From an archaeon (lineage in GTDB: Archaea > Thermoproteota > Nitrososphaeria > Nitrososphaerales > Gagatemarchaeaceae), in NCBI GenBank assembly GCA_016432545.1, contig CP066694.1, positions 1,307,206-1,371,205 on the forward strand: a stretch of 64,000 nt of DNA, written 5' to 3'. The notes under the pieces were generated by a model. That model did no database searches, was not told the origin of the DNA, and saw only the letters and a list, made by a program, of their open reading frames with translations. Position numbers and translations under genes: made by a program. This document shows, piece by piece, positions 34,370-43,978 of the stretch. Within the stretch, counting starts at the first letter, position 1. Every line of letters begins with the position of its first letter.

Positions 34370-35996
34370 CTGAGCAGCAAGACTTCGTTCGCGGAGATTT
34401 CGCCATCAGAGTTCTTTCTACCGTAACCGCGACCTGGCGGGCTTCACCAACCCCGCCCGAGCCCTCTACATGGCGGTCCGCGAGCTCGTGGAGAACTCCA
34501 TGGACGCCGCAGAGCTGGCTGGGACGCCTCCCGACGTCTACGTCAGGATCACCAGCGAGAACACGAACCCGGAGTTCCAGGACCCGAAGCCATACCGGCT
34601 GACGGTGATCGACAACGGCCCCGGGGTCGCCCCCCAGCACGTCCCCAGCGCCTTCGGGAAGGTCTTCTACGGCTCGAAGTACGTCCTCCGGCAGTCGCGC
34701 GGTATGTTCGGGCTCGGAGGCACGATGGCGATACTCTATGGGCAGATCACGACCAACAAGCCGGTCACGATCATGACCTCGCCCGACGGCAAGAAGAAGC
34801 ACACCTTCCAGATGATGATAGACATCGGAGAGAACAGGCCCGTGGTCCTCCGCCGCTCTTCCGCAGAGGCGAACGGCACGACTGGGACCAGGGTCGACTT
34901 GACCCTCGAGGGCGACTACCTCAGGGCCTCGCAGAAGATCGGCGATTACTTCAAACAGACTGCTCTGGTCGCGAGCTACGCGAACATCACCTTCGTCGAC
35001 CCGCTGGGCCAGCTCACATTCTACGAAAGGGTCACGACCTCGATGCCCCCTGCCCCGAAGGAGACCCTTCCCCATCCCTATGGGATCGATGTCGAGGCCT
35101 TCAAGCGGATCATCAAGCTCTCCGAGGAGCACAACATGCAGTCGTTCATGGTCGCGCACTTCCACAGGGTCGGGGAGAAGATCGCGACCAAGTTCCTAGA
35201 GTTTGCGGGAGTCAGCCCGAGGCTTCCCCCCAGGCGTCTCAACAACCTCCAGATCGTCTCGCTCGTGGACGCGCTCCAACGCTTCCCCGACTTCCTGGCT
35301 CCCGACGCTGCCTGCCTCTCGCCCGTAGGGGAGGAGATACTGCTCGCAGGGATCAACAAGGAGCTCCAGCCCGAGTTCTCCACAGTGATCACCCGCCCCC
35401 CTTCGTCATACTCTGGGTTCCCATTCCTGGTCGAAGTCGGGGTCGCCTACGGAGGGAAGGTCCTCCAGCCGGGGGTCAAGCTCTTCAGGTTCGCGAACCG
35501 CATACCACTGCTCTACGACGAAAGCTCTGACGTCAGCTTCAAGATCCTCAACGAGGACATCGACTGGAGGAGGTACCACATCCCTCCCGAGGCCCCTGTG
35601 GGAGTGATCACCCACATCTGTTCCACCAAGATCCCCTACAAGACCGTCGGCAAGGAGTACATCGCGGACAGGCCCGAGATCGAAAGGGACGTCAAGAACG
35701 CAGCGAGAGAGGCGCTACGGAGGCTGGGCCTCTTCATGTCGAAGAAGGGGAGCATGGAAGCGGTCCAGAGGAAGATGAACATCTACGGCAAGTACCTCCC
35801 CCTCATAGCGAAGTTCTCCGCCGAGCTCGCGGGCCAGAAGCGCATGCCAAAGTACAGGAACCTGATCGGGGATGGCCCTCAGGACCCCGACGGCGAGCCC
35901 GTCGAGGACGCAGGCGATGCCCAAGCCGCAGCCCTGAAGGAGATCGAGATTGAGCAAAAGAAAATCGACCAGTACGGCGGAGACAAGGAAGAGTAG
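34370..35996 (+). CDS. top6B: DNA topoisomerase VI subunit B; the 5' end needs a +1 frame correction near 34415-34418 and has no canonical start
   Basis: GHKL Bergerat motifs (VRELVENSMDA, IDNGPG) from 34470 onward. The conserved SKTSFAEISPSEFF is in another frame and YRNRDLAGFTNPARALY is in the main frame upstream of the first ATG. Confidence 0.85.
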
Positions 35997-37047
35997 CGCC
36001 CAGGCCCTCCTTAAGGACCTGGGGCAGAGCGTCTACTCAGACCTCGACGCAGGGAGGTTCCCGAGCCTCACCTTTGCGAGCAGGTCCGTCAGGAACATAG
36101 TCTACGACAAGAAGCTCCAGCAGTTCATCCTGGGCGCGGCCACCGTCAAGAGGTCTTCCGGGAACATCAAGCACATACGCCCTTTCACCCAACTCCTGTG
36201 GCTCGCATTCTTCGCGAAGAAGCTGGTGGACGAAAAGAAGACCTCGACCCTCCGAGACGTCTTCTACTCTGCGCAAGCCTTCGGCGTGGAGTTCGTGGAC
36301 CAGGCCGAGTCCGACGAGCTGATCACCGACCTGGAAGTCGTCATGCAGATGGCAAGGGAGGGGATGCACATCTTTCCGGAGGAGAGGAGCGCAATCTTCG
36401 GGGACCTCACCATCGAATACACGGTCCCCGGCTACGAGGGGAAGAGGGCAGACATGTCGGGTAACCCTGACGGCGTGATGATTGGGCCTGCCCTAACGAC
36501 CGCCGAATTCGTAGACACAGACGCGGAGATCGTGATCGCGATCGAGAAGGGCGGCCTCTTCACTAGGTTCGTGGAAGAGCAGGTGCACAAGAAGTACAAG
36601 GCAATTCTGATCAACACCGCGGGCCAGCCGCCTAGGTCGACGCGGTTCCTACTCAGACGTCTCAACCAGGAGCTGGGGCTTCCCGTGGGCATCCTCTGCG
36701 ACGCAGACCCTTGGGGTGCACACATAGCAATGGTTTGTAAGGGGGGCTCAGCCAATTCGGCTCACCTCCGGGAGCTCACCACCCCCGACGCCGTCTGGCT
36801 CGGGGTCTGGGCTTCGGACATCGTAAAGTACAAACTCCCTTCCGACAAGCTCACCGACGTCGACATCAAGCGCCTCTACGAGCTGAAGGCGGACCCACGT
36901 TATACGGACAAGATGTGGCACGACGAGCTGGACACTTTCCTCAGGATCAAGAAGAAGAGCGAGCAGGAGGCCTTCGCCAGATACGGGCTGAGCTACATCG
37001 TGGACAAGTACCTGCCCGAAAAGCTTCAGCTCATGAAGAGCTTCTAA
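35950..37047 (+). CDS. top6A: DNA topoisomerase VI subunit A (Spo11 family)
   Basis: Family-typical sequence including the Toprim region (IAIEKGG...DADPWG). Overlaps the 3' end of top6B. Confidence 0.9.
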   Translation: MSKRKSTSTAETRKSSAQALLKDLGQSVYSDLDAGRFPSLTFASRSVRNIVYDKKLQQFILGAATVKRSSGNIKHIRPFTQLLWLAFFAKKLVDEKKTSTLRDVFYSAQAFGVEFVDQAESDELITDLEVVMQMAREGMHIFPEERSAIFGDLTIEYTVPGYEGKRADMSGNPDGVMIGPALTTAEFVDTDAEIVIAIEKGGLFTRFVEEQVHKKYKAILINTAGQPPRSTRFLLRRLNQELGLPVGILCDADPWGAHIAMVCKGGSANSAHLRELTTPDAVWLGVWASDIVKYKLPSDKLTDVDIKRLYELKADPRYTDKMWHDELDTFLRIKKKSEQEAFARYGLSYIVDKYLPEKLQLMKSF

Positions 37048-37723
37048 GCCGCCTCTGCACGGCTGCACTCGAAAGTTCCCTCTTCGCATCCGCGGCCACC
37101 CACTTCGCGCTGGGCGCATCCATCTTCGAGATCCTCCCGGCAGCCCTCAGGGCGATCCCGTTGAGCCTCCTGTTCCTCTTGCCAATCTGCCTCAGCGCCC
37201 AGTTGACCGCCTTCTTGACAAAGTTCCGGGGGTCAGTGGAGCCGCGCTCGATGTGCGGAATGAACCCTTCGAAGGCGCTGTCCGGGGCCTTCTTGTCATG
37301 GACGGCCAGCTCGGCCATAAGCGCGTAGCCAGCCCTCTTCACGAACTCCTCCTCCCTCCAGCTCCACTCCACGGCTTTCCCGTATGCCAATGGGGTCTTG
37401 TCGAAGAGGGTCCCGCAGACACCGTCGCAGACGTCCCAGGAGTCGAATTCCGAGACCCAGGCTTCCATTTGCCTCTCAGTCACCTTCGACGGCTCGTCGA
37501 CCATAGCCGCAAGAATCCTTGCCTCGTGGATCTTTGTCTTCCACAGGGCAGCGGCCAGCGCATGGTCTCTCCCCAACTTCTTCGAGATGGCCCTGATCGT
37601 CGGCACGGAGAGGCCCAGCGCACTTCCGGTGGTGATCCCGAACCTTGTCATTCCTTTGACAACGGAGGGGTCCGCCTTCCGCCTCATCTCCTCAATCACA
37701 GCTTGCGCGTCCACGCCCTCCAT
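37031..37723 (-). CDS. DNA alkylation repair protein (AlkD-like HEAT-repeat family)
   Basis: 230 aa with the family-typical N-terminus (ADPSVVKGMTRFGI...VPTIRAISKKLG) and WVSEFDSWDVCD. Confidence 0.75.
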   Translation of the reverse strand: MEGVDAQAVIEEMRRKADPSVVKGMTRFGITTGSALGLSVPTIRAISKKLGRDHALAAALWKTKIHEARILAAMVDEPSKVTERQMEAWVSEFDSWDVCDGVCGTLFDKTPLAYGKAVEWSWREEEFVKRAGYALMAELAVHDKKAPDSAFEGFIPHIERGSTDPRNFVKKAVNWALRQIGKRNRRLNGIALRAAGRISKMDAPSAKWVAADAKRELSSAAVQRRLRSSS

Positions 37724-37774
37724 CGCATCGAAGAACTTCTAAATACCCACTGCCATCTGCCCGAACAGACCTGG

Positions 37775-37981
37775 ATGACCTTCACAGCGCAGCAGTCTAG
37801 GGTCGACGCACTCCTGCGCCTCATGGGCCTCATCGTCCTCGCGTTCGGTCTGGCCCTGATCTACCTGAGCTACACCAACTCCTCCTTTCCAATCGCTCCC
37901 GCAATCCTGACGATCAACTACTCCCTCGGAATCATGCTCACGATAGTGGGCCTGCTCGCCACATTTTCGAAGTTCAAGTGA
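37775..37981 (+). CDS. small 2-TM membrane protein
   Basis: Only the last 68 aa of a 242-aa track ORF look coding (LMGLIVLAFGLALIYL, LGIMLTIVGLLATF). Confidence 0.4.
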   Translation: MTFTAQQSRVDALLRLMGLIVLAFGLALIYLSYTNSSFPIAPAILTINYSLGIMLTIVGLLATFSKFK

Positions 37982-39024
37982 TCTGGATGCCCGTCAGGGT
38001 GGCTCTTGCGGGCGTCGGCAATTGCGCCTCGGTCTTCCTTCAGGGCCTGGAATTCTACTCGAAGGGTAAGTCAGCCGGGCTCTGGCACCCCAGCGTGGCC
38101 GGCCTGCGCCCCGGCGATGTCAAGGTGGTGGCTGCGTTCGACATCGACCAAAGAAAAGTAGGCCTCGACCTCTCCAAGGCCGCCTTTGCGACCCCCAACG
38201 TAGTCCGAAGATACGCCGACCTCCGGAGGTCAGGCGTCAAGGTCAAGGCGGGCGTTTCCTCCGGGGACATTCCGCCGCACCTGAAGGGGAGTAAGCTGAC
38301 GAAGTCTGGTACTGCCTCTGTGGCCGGAGAGCTAGAGTCGGCGGACGCGGACATCCTGGTCAACATGATCTCTTCGGGATCCGACGCATCGTCCGAGGCT
38401 TACGCCGCGGCGGCGCTCAAGGCCGGATGCGCCTTCGTGAACTGTACGCCTGCGCTCCTTCTCAAGAGGAACAAACTTGCGGCCGCCTACGCGAAGGCGA
38501 AGCTTCCCCTGGTCGGGGACGACCTCATGAGCCAGTTCGGGGGCACGGTCTTCCACAAAGGCCTCCTCGGGATGATGGTCAAGAGGGGCGTCAAGATCTC
38601 CAAGAGCTACCAGCTGGACGTTGGCGGAGGCTCTGAAACCCTCAACACGATTGACGAGTCGATCAAGATGGCCAAGAGAGAGGTGAAGACCACTTCCGTG
38701 GCTTCGGAGGTTCCTTACAAGTTCGAGACGATAGCGGGGACGACGGACTATGTCGACTACATGGGCAACGATAGGACGAGCTACTTCTGGTTCGAGGGGA
38801 GCGGTTTCATGAACTCCGGCATCTCCGTCGATGTCTACCTGAGGTCCTCAGACGGCGCCAACGCTGGGAACGTCCTCCTTGACGTGATCAGGGCCACCCA
38901 CCGGGCAAGGAAGACCGGCAAGACGGGGACGGTGGGGGAGATCTGCGCCTATGGGTTCAAGTCTCCGCCGAAGCCAACGGGCTTCGAGGAAGCCGCTAGG
39001 AAGTTCGCAGCCCTCTACCTGTGA
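37978..39024 (+). CDS. inositol-3-phosphate synthase (archaeal-type MIPS)
   Basis: VRVALAGVGNCASVFLQGLEFY N-terminus and matching length. Confidence 0.85.
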   Translation: MIWMPVRVALAGVGNCASVFLQGLEFYSKGKSAGLWHPSVAGLRPGDVKVVAAFDIDQRKVGLDLSKAAFATPNVVRRYADLRRSGVKVKAGVSSGDIPPHLKGSKLTKSGTASVAGELESADADILVNMISSGSDASSEAYAAAALKAGCAFVNCTPALLLKRNKLAAAYAKAKLPLVGDDLMSQFGGTVFHKGLLGMMVKRGVKISKSYQLDVGGGSETLNTIDESIKMAKREVKTTSVASEVPYKFETIAGTTDYVDYMGNDRTSYFWFEGSGFMNSGISVDVYLRSSDGANAGNVLLDVIRATHRARKTGKTGTVGEICAYGFKSPPKPTGFEEAARKFAALYL

Positions 39025-39056
39025 CTCTCCTCACGATTGCGAAGTCGCCTGGCCAG

Positions 39057-40064
39057 TCAGAAGAGGGCAGGAACGAAGCCTAGTATCCCGACCAAGAACT
39101 GCAAAGCCAAGGTCCGCTTTATCGGAGCGCCCGAGCGCCTGGCAATCTGGAGTGCTAGGATGTTTGCGAAGGAGCCTATGGGCCCAATGTTGCCCGCCAG
39201 ACCCGCCTCGACTGCTATCTTAGGAGCCATCCAGGGCTGCAGAGTCGATACCCCAAGGATGAGCTGCGTGGCTGGGACGTTGCCGATCAGATTGGAGACG
39301 AGTCCCATGAACAGACCCGAATAGGGCTGCACCCCCTCCGCTGCAGGCTGCGCGAGAGGACGCAGGCTCCCTGAAAGGAAGTATCCTGCAACAGTGGTCA
39401 GGCCCACGAAGGCCCACAGGGTGATGAGGCTCCGCAAGTCGAACTCGGCTGCCACTCCTCTCGCGGCATTCCGATTGAAGAGGAACCCCGACAAGAACGC
39501 CAGACCGAGAGCAACGGACGGGCCCAGCCCTAGCGAGTCCCCCGCCAACACCACGGCCGCGACCAGGACAAGATAGACCGCCGGGAGTGAGGAGCCGACG
39601 GCCGTCGGGAACTCCTTCCCAGTGCCGACTCTCTTCGCGAAGGGCAGGAGGACCACGCACGCGAGGCCGCCGGATGCCACCAGGGGCAACCAAGCCCCTT
39701 CAACAAATTGGGAGACGCTCAGTCCTGAGGCAGACCAGAGGAGGATGTTCTGAGGATTGCCGAAGGGCGAAACCGAGCTTGCGATGTTGGTGAAGGCTAT
39801 CTCGGCCACAAGGAGCGGCGCCACGTCGACCGCAAAGTGCTTGGCGAACTTCACGACCACCGGTGTGAGGATGACTATCACGACATCGTTGAGGATGAAA
39901 GGAGAGAACAGGGAGGAGACCGCGACGACGGCGAAGACGATGCCCACCCGGCCTTCGAAGGAGGCGACGAACCGCCGCAGAAATTCCTCCCCGCCCATGG
40001 CTTGGAACTGGGCGGCGACTCCAAACAGGGCCGCCAAAGAGGCGTAGATCGAGAAGTCAATCAA
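39057..40064 (-). CDS. anion permease (ArsB/NhaD / CitMHS-like superfamily)
   Basis: Multi-TM protein with FSPFILNDVVIVILTPV. It is shorter than typical family members. Confidence 0.6.
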   Translation of the reverse strand: MIDFSIYASLAALFGVAAQFQAMGGEEFLRRFVASFEGRVGIVFAVVAVSSLFSPFILNDVVIVILTPVVVKFAKHFAVDVAPLLVAEIAFTNIASSVSPFGNPQNILLWSASGLSVSQFVEGAWLPLVASGGLACVVLLPFAKRVGTGKEFPTAVGSSLPAVYLVLVAAVVLAGDSLGLGPSVALGLAFLSGFLFNRNAARGVAAEFDLRSLITLWAFVGLTTVAGYFLSGSLRPLAQPAAEGVQPYSGLFMGLVSNLIGNVPATQLILGVSTLQPWMAPKIAVEAGLAGNIGPIGSFANILALQIARRSGAPIKRTLALQFLVGILGFVPALF

Positions 40065-40177
40065 GGCCGGAGCAGAATCGGGCCTATCCTTGGGCTCTCA
40101 AACATTTCCATCGCGGGTCTCCGGGGAGCAATCGGCCAACCTAGTTCTTTTAACGGGTGGTTCGTGGGGGTAAATTC

Positions 40178-40414
40178 ATGGCTTCGATAAGGGTCAAGGA
40201 TGACGGCTCTGTACCGGCCGTTGAGAAGGGGCGGGAAGCGCCGTTCAAGCAAGGTGAGTTCTACGTCTTTGAAGTTCCCGACGACATTGCGAGGTATTGG
40301 AACAAGATGGACCCTGGCAGGAGAGCGGAGCTTTCAAAACAATCGAGAAAGGAAGGCAAGGACCTTCGATTGATTCTCGACGCATACGTCCACAAGCCCG
40401 CACGCATGAAGTGA
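40178..40414 (+). CDS. hypothetical small protein
   Basis: 78 aa counted from the ATG at 40178. Confidence 0.4.
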   Translation: MASIRVKDDGSVPAVEKGREAPFKQGEFYVFEVPDDIARYWNKMDPGRRAELSKQSRKEGKDLRLILDAYVHKPARMK

Positions 40415-40436
40415 CGCCCGAGTAGTCGAACTAGAG

Positions 40437-40544
40437 CGGCGCCGGTCGGACTCGAACCGACGACCAACAGGTGTCTGCACTCATGGCTAACAGCCTGCTG
40501 CTCTACCACGCTACCCGGCCAATTTGCCTCTGAGCTACGGCGCC
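40437..40544 (-). tRNA. tRNA-Asn(GUU) with two insertions: ~21 nt in the D-loop (40509-40529) and 15 nt at the canonical 37/38 position (40473-40487)
   Basis: Manual fold. Acceptor GGCGCCG/CGGCGCC; D-stem GCTC/GAGC; anticodon stem GCAGG/CCTGT with loop CUGUUA|A; T-arm GTCGG-TTCGAGT-CCGAC; discriminator G. Confidence 0.7.
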
Positions 40545-40620
40545 GCGGTTTGGAGGGCCCGGAGATGCGCTCAAAAACATTGGCTTCGCTTAAATCTCAA
40601 GCAACGCCGCAGCAACGCCA

Positions 40621-41097
40621 ATGGCCGCAGACTTCACGGGGTCCAAGAAAGAGGTAGCAGCCGTGATTCGCGCCTTCTTTGAGGCTGGCAAGAACAAGGA
40701 CATCCCATCTCTCCCCACCTTCCACTCGGACTTCGAGTCATTCACGAAGTTCGACGAGAACCCTCCATACACCCGGCAGAACTCGGAGGAGGCGTTCATG
40801 TATGAGCAGGCGGCCTTCGCGAACATCTCCGACTATGAGTATCAGATAGATGCCCTTAGGATCGACCTCTTCGGTGACACTTCAGTCGCCACTTTCTACC
40901 TGATGTACAAGGGCATGTTCGTCAACGACTACTCCTTCGAAGGCTCTCCGGTCAGCTCCAAGGCGAGGGTCACGATGGTCCTCAGGAGGGGGCCGCAGGG
41001 ATGGAGGATAGCTCACGAGCACTTCAGCAAGTTCCCGGAAAGGGTTGGAGGGGACCGCAAGTCGTCCGAGTCATCTCCTCCCAGGCCTGCCCCCTAG
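40621..41097 (+). CDS. SnoaL/NTF2-like (DUF4440-like) protein
   Basis: Size and pattern fit (AVIRAFFEAGKNKD ... WRIAHEHFS). Confidence 0.6.
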   Translation: MAADFTGSKKEVAAVIRAFFEAGKNKDIPSLPTFHSDFESFTKFDENPPYTRQNSEEAFMYEQAAFANISDYEYQIDALRIDLFGDTSVATFYLMYKGMFVNDYSFEGSPVSSKARVTMVLRRGPQGWRIAHEHFSKFPERVGGDRKSSESSPPRPAP

Positions 41098-42144
41098 TTT
41101 GCCGATTAGTCGAGCCCATCTGAACCCTGACGGATAGTGCCACCAGTGGTAGAGGATCGCGGCCACCACTGCGACCCTGGCGTAGATCGAAAAGCCCATC
41201 AGCGCCGAGGTCACAGGGATCTTGAAGAAGCCGCCCTGGAAGTCGAAAAGGAGCTTCCCGCCCAGGAATCCCAATTGCCCCTCTAGCCACGGGACCAAAT
41301 CCACGTGGAAGCCGAAGAGCAGGTCGCCCACGAAGAAGTATCCCACGTCGTTGGTCAGCGACACGAGGAGGCCTAGGCTCAAAGCGAGCTGCCAGTCTTT
41401 GGTGCCCTGGAAGACGATGAGGACTCCAAAGGGCGCCATGTACGTCAACACCAACCAGATGTGGTACGCTGGTGCCGCAGTCGCGTAGAGGTCTATCCAA
41501 TTAACAAGAATGAGTCCGTAGAAGAGCGAGAAGAGGACGAGTTTGAGGACCGTGAGCTGCCTCTTGTTCGAGGGTCCTAGGCCTGAAACTACGGTTTCCA
41601 CCCCGTTCACAAGGACCACCAAGGAGAGTAGGGCGACTAGCGTGAACTCGGCTATCCCAGGCACGAGGAGGGCAAGGCCTGCGAGGAACACCGTAACCAC
41701 TCCCGTCGCAGCCGCGGAGCCCCTTAGCCACCTCGGGCGGCCCGCCCCGACCGCGTGGACGATCCTGCCAAGCCCTTGGAGCGTGAGACCGACCGCTAGC
41801 ACGTAGGTTATGGTCCTTAGGCTCAGGTCGGGAAACAGAAAGGCGCCGAGGGCGAGACCTACTCCGAGGACCCCGCCTCCTGCGAGACCGAGAGCCTCGA
41901 TGCTGACCAGCCTCCTTCTGACTCCTCCGGTGAACGCCATCCTTACCGAGCCGAGGAATATCGCCAGCGCCAACAGGACGATCAGAGAAGCGACACCAAA
42001 GCTCGGATTCGCCAGGATGACGATCGAAATGCCAACTGACGTGAGCCCAACAAGGACCTCGAAAGTTCTGTACCAAGTCGGGACGCGAGTCTCAGCATCC
42101 ACGCCAGTTCCAGGGCCCATCTTCATCAATCCGAGTTTGACCAC
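41071..42144 (-). CDS. multi-pass membrane protein (HdeD/DUF308-like repeats)
   Basis: 357 aa, hydrophobic throughout. Confidence 0.6.
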   Translation of the reverse strand: MVKLGLMKMGPGTGVDAETRVPTWYRTFEVLVGLTSVGISIVILANPSFGVASLIVLLALAIFLGSVRMAFTGGVRRRLVSIEALGLAGGGVLGVGLALGAFLFPDLSLRTITYVLAVGLTLQGLGRIVHAVGAGRPRWLRGSAAATGVVTVFLAGLALLVPGIAEFTLVALLSLVVLVNGVETVVSGLGPSNKRQLTVLKLVLFSLFYGLILVNWIDLYATAAPAYHIWLVLTYMAPFGVLIVFQGTKDWQLALSLGLLVSLTNDVGYFFVGDLLFGFHVDLVPWLEGQLGFLGGKLLFDFQGGFFKIPVTSALMGFSIYARVAVVAAILYHWWHYPSGFRWARLIGKLGGRPGRR

Positions 42145-42227
42145 TAATTAACCGCCCTCCGAGAACTTCCGCTCGCAATTGCGGCCCCCCTCAACGGGCC
42201 ATTGTAGCCAGAGGGGAAGGCCTAACC

Positions 42228-42318
42228 TGGGCCTGGCCGGATTTGAACCGGCGACCGTTCGGTGTCTCGGGATTGCCCGTATGAGCCGAACGCTCTTACC
42301 GAACTGAGCTACAGGCCC
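42228..42318 (-). tRNA. tRNA with CAU anticodon (elongator Met or Ile2) with a 16-nt canonical intron (42264-42279)
   Basis: Manual fold. Acceptor GGGCCTG/CAGGCCC; D-arm GCTC-AGTTCGGTAA-GAGC; anticodon stem TTCGG/CCGAA; T-arm GCCGG-TTCAAAT-CCGGC; discriminator A. Confidence 0.8.
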
Positions 42319-42402
42319 CGATTCATCGGTTCCCATGCCTCGTTTTTAACCTCTGGCGACCAAAGGCTAATTAGTCCCCGAAACTCCCTTGAAGTCGTCA
42401 CA

Positions 42403-42699
42403 GTGAGCAAGGACCTAGACGAAGGATTCCAGGACATCCTAGCAGAACTAGATAGAGAAGAAGCCCGGGTCAAGATTCGTATGGAGATGCGCCGCTTCGG
42501 CAAGCCCACCACAGTCATCGAGGGGATCAAGATGAGCGAGAAGGACATGCACGAGCTGAGCTCCAAGATGAAGCGCGCCCTCGCCACGGGCGGGACTGTC
42601 AAGGACGGAATCATGATCCTCCAGGGGGACCATCGGGAGAGCGCAGCCAAGATGCTGATGCAGAACGGATTCTCCGAGGGCTCGATCGAAGTAATCTAG
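42403..42699 (+). CDS. translation initiation factor aSUI1 (eIF1 family)
   Basis: RMEMRRFGKPTTVIEGI ... LKRALATGGTVKDG ... ILQGDHRE. A GTG start at 42403 was chosen to clear the tRNA. Confidence 0.85.
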   Translation: MSKDLDEGFQDILAELDREEARVKIRMEMRRFGKPTTVIEGIKMSEKDMHELSSKMKRALATGGTVKDGIMILQGDHRESAAKMLMQNGFSEGSIEVI

Positions 42700-42787
42700 A
42701 CCTTTACTCCGAGGTCCCTCTCAACTTACTTTTGCGCTACTCATCTTTATAAAAGGTAAAACGAAGCGCCGTCTGGAAGGTCCGACC

Positions 42788-43978
42788 GTGTCGAAGCCTA
42801 TCACTACCTTCGAGGACTTCATCAAGAGGATTCTGAAGGTCGTCTTCTGGGTCGCGCTCTTCCTCCCGCTGATAGGCGTCCCGATCTATTACGCCCTCGA
42901 CGGAATCTTCCATTTCCCCATCGACTTCTTCGCGCTCGCGACCGTGAAGCCCCTGGACTTCCTGGCCTTCCAGCTTAACCTGATCAACACCGAGCCCTTC
43001 AGGACCCTCTTCGCGCTCACGGTCTTCCCTGGCTTCACCTTCGTCGCCGTCTATTCCACGATCTTCATGGGCTGGGTCGAGCGCAAGTTCACGGCAAAGA
43101 TCCAGCTGAGGACCGGACCGATGTACGCAGGAAAGTTCGAGGGCATCGCCCAGAACTTTGCAGACTTCTTCAAGCTCCTCTTCAAGGAGATAATCATCCC
43201 CAACGGGGTCGACACCGCGACCTTCGTCGCGATCCCCTTCGCATTGATGGCGGTCGCGGGAGCCCTCATCGCACTGGTGCCCCTGTCGCCCACCACCTAC
43301 ATCGCGAACCCTACAGTTGGCGCCATTCTCGTCTTCGCCATCCTTGGCTTCTCGCCGCTGATCGTGCTCCTCGCAGGATGGGCGAGCAACAGCAAGTATC
43401 CCTTCCTGGGCGGACTGAGGGCCCTCCACCAGCTCGTCGCCTACGAGATCCCTCTGATACTCTCGCTCCTCGGGGCTGTCATCCTTTCCGGCTCGCTCAA
43501 CCTCGCGCCACTCGTCCCCGGAGGCCCGAGCATAGTGACGGCCCAGGCGAGAATCCCCTACATCCTGCTCCAGCCGCTGGGCGCCGCCGTCTTCTTCGTG
43601 GGGGCGCTCGCGGAGCTCGAACGTATACCCTTCGACCTTCCCGAGGCCGACAGCGAGCTTGTTGCCGGGTGGCAGACCGAGTACACGAGCATGCTCTTCG
43701 GGACCTTCCAGCTTGCGAACTTCTCGAGGATGTACATCATGGCAGGGCTCTTCACCACCTTCTTCCTTGGAGGCTGGCTGGGGCCCGCGCCCGTCCCTCC
43801 CGAGGTCTGGTTCATCCTGAAGACGACCGCCGTCATGATTGCCATGATGCTCCCTCGAAGCGTGATGCCAAGGGTCAGGATCGACCAGCTCCTCCGCGCC
43901 GGCTGGGTCAAACTCCTCGCCGCCTCCTTCCTCAACCTCTTCCTTACAATGGTCATCGTCTCCCTGGGGATTGCATAG
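42788..43978 (+). CDS. nuoH: NADH-quinone oxidoreductase subunit H
   Basis: GWVERKFTAKIQLRTGP and ELERIPFDLPEADSELVAGWQTEY motifs. Confidence 0.92.
   Translation: MSKPITTFEDFIKRILKVVFWVALFLPLIGVPIYYALDGIFHFPIDFFALATVKPLDFLAFQLNLINTEPFRTLFALTVFPGFTFVAVYSTIFMGWVERKFTAKIQLRTGPMYAGKFEGIAQNFADFFKLLFKEIIIPNGVDTATFVAIPFALMAVAGALIALVPLSPTTYIANPTVGAILVFAILGFSPLIVLLAGWASNSKYPFLGGLRALHQLVAYEIPLILSLLGAVILSGSLNLAPLVPGGPSIVTAQARIPYILLQPLGAAVFFVGALAELERIPFDLPEADSELVAGWQTEYTSMLFGTFQLANFSRMYIMAGLFTTFFLGGWLGPAPVPPEVWFILKTTAVMIAMMLPRSVMPRVRIDQLLRAGWVKLLAASFLNLFLTMVIVSLGIA

Noticed and set aside
34282-34602. 106-aa plus-strand ORF upstream of and overlapping top6B
   Set aside because: It is an out-of-frame reading of the top6B 5' region. 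The conserved Topo VI-B N-terminal residues lie in the other two frames.
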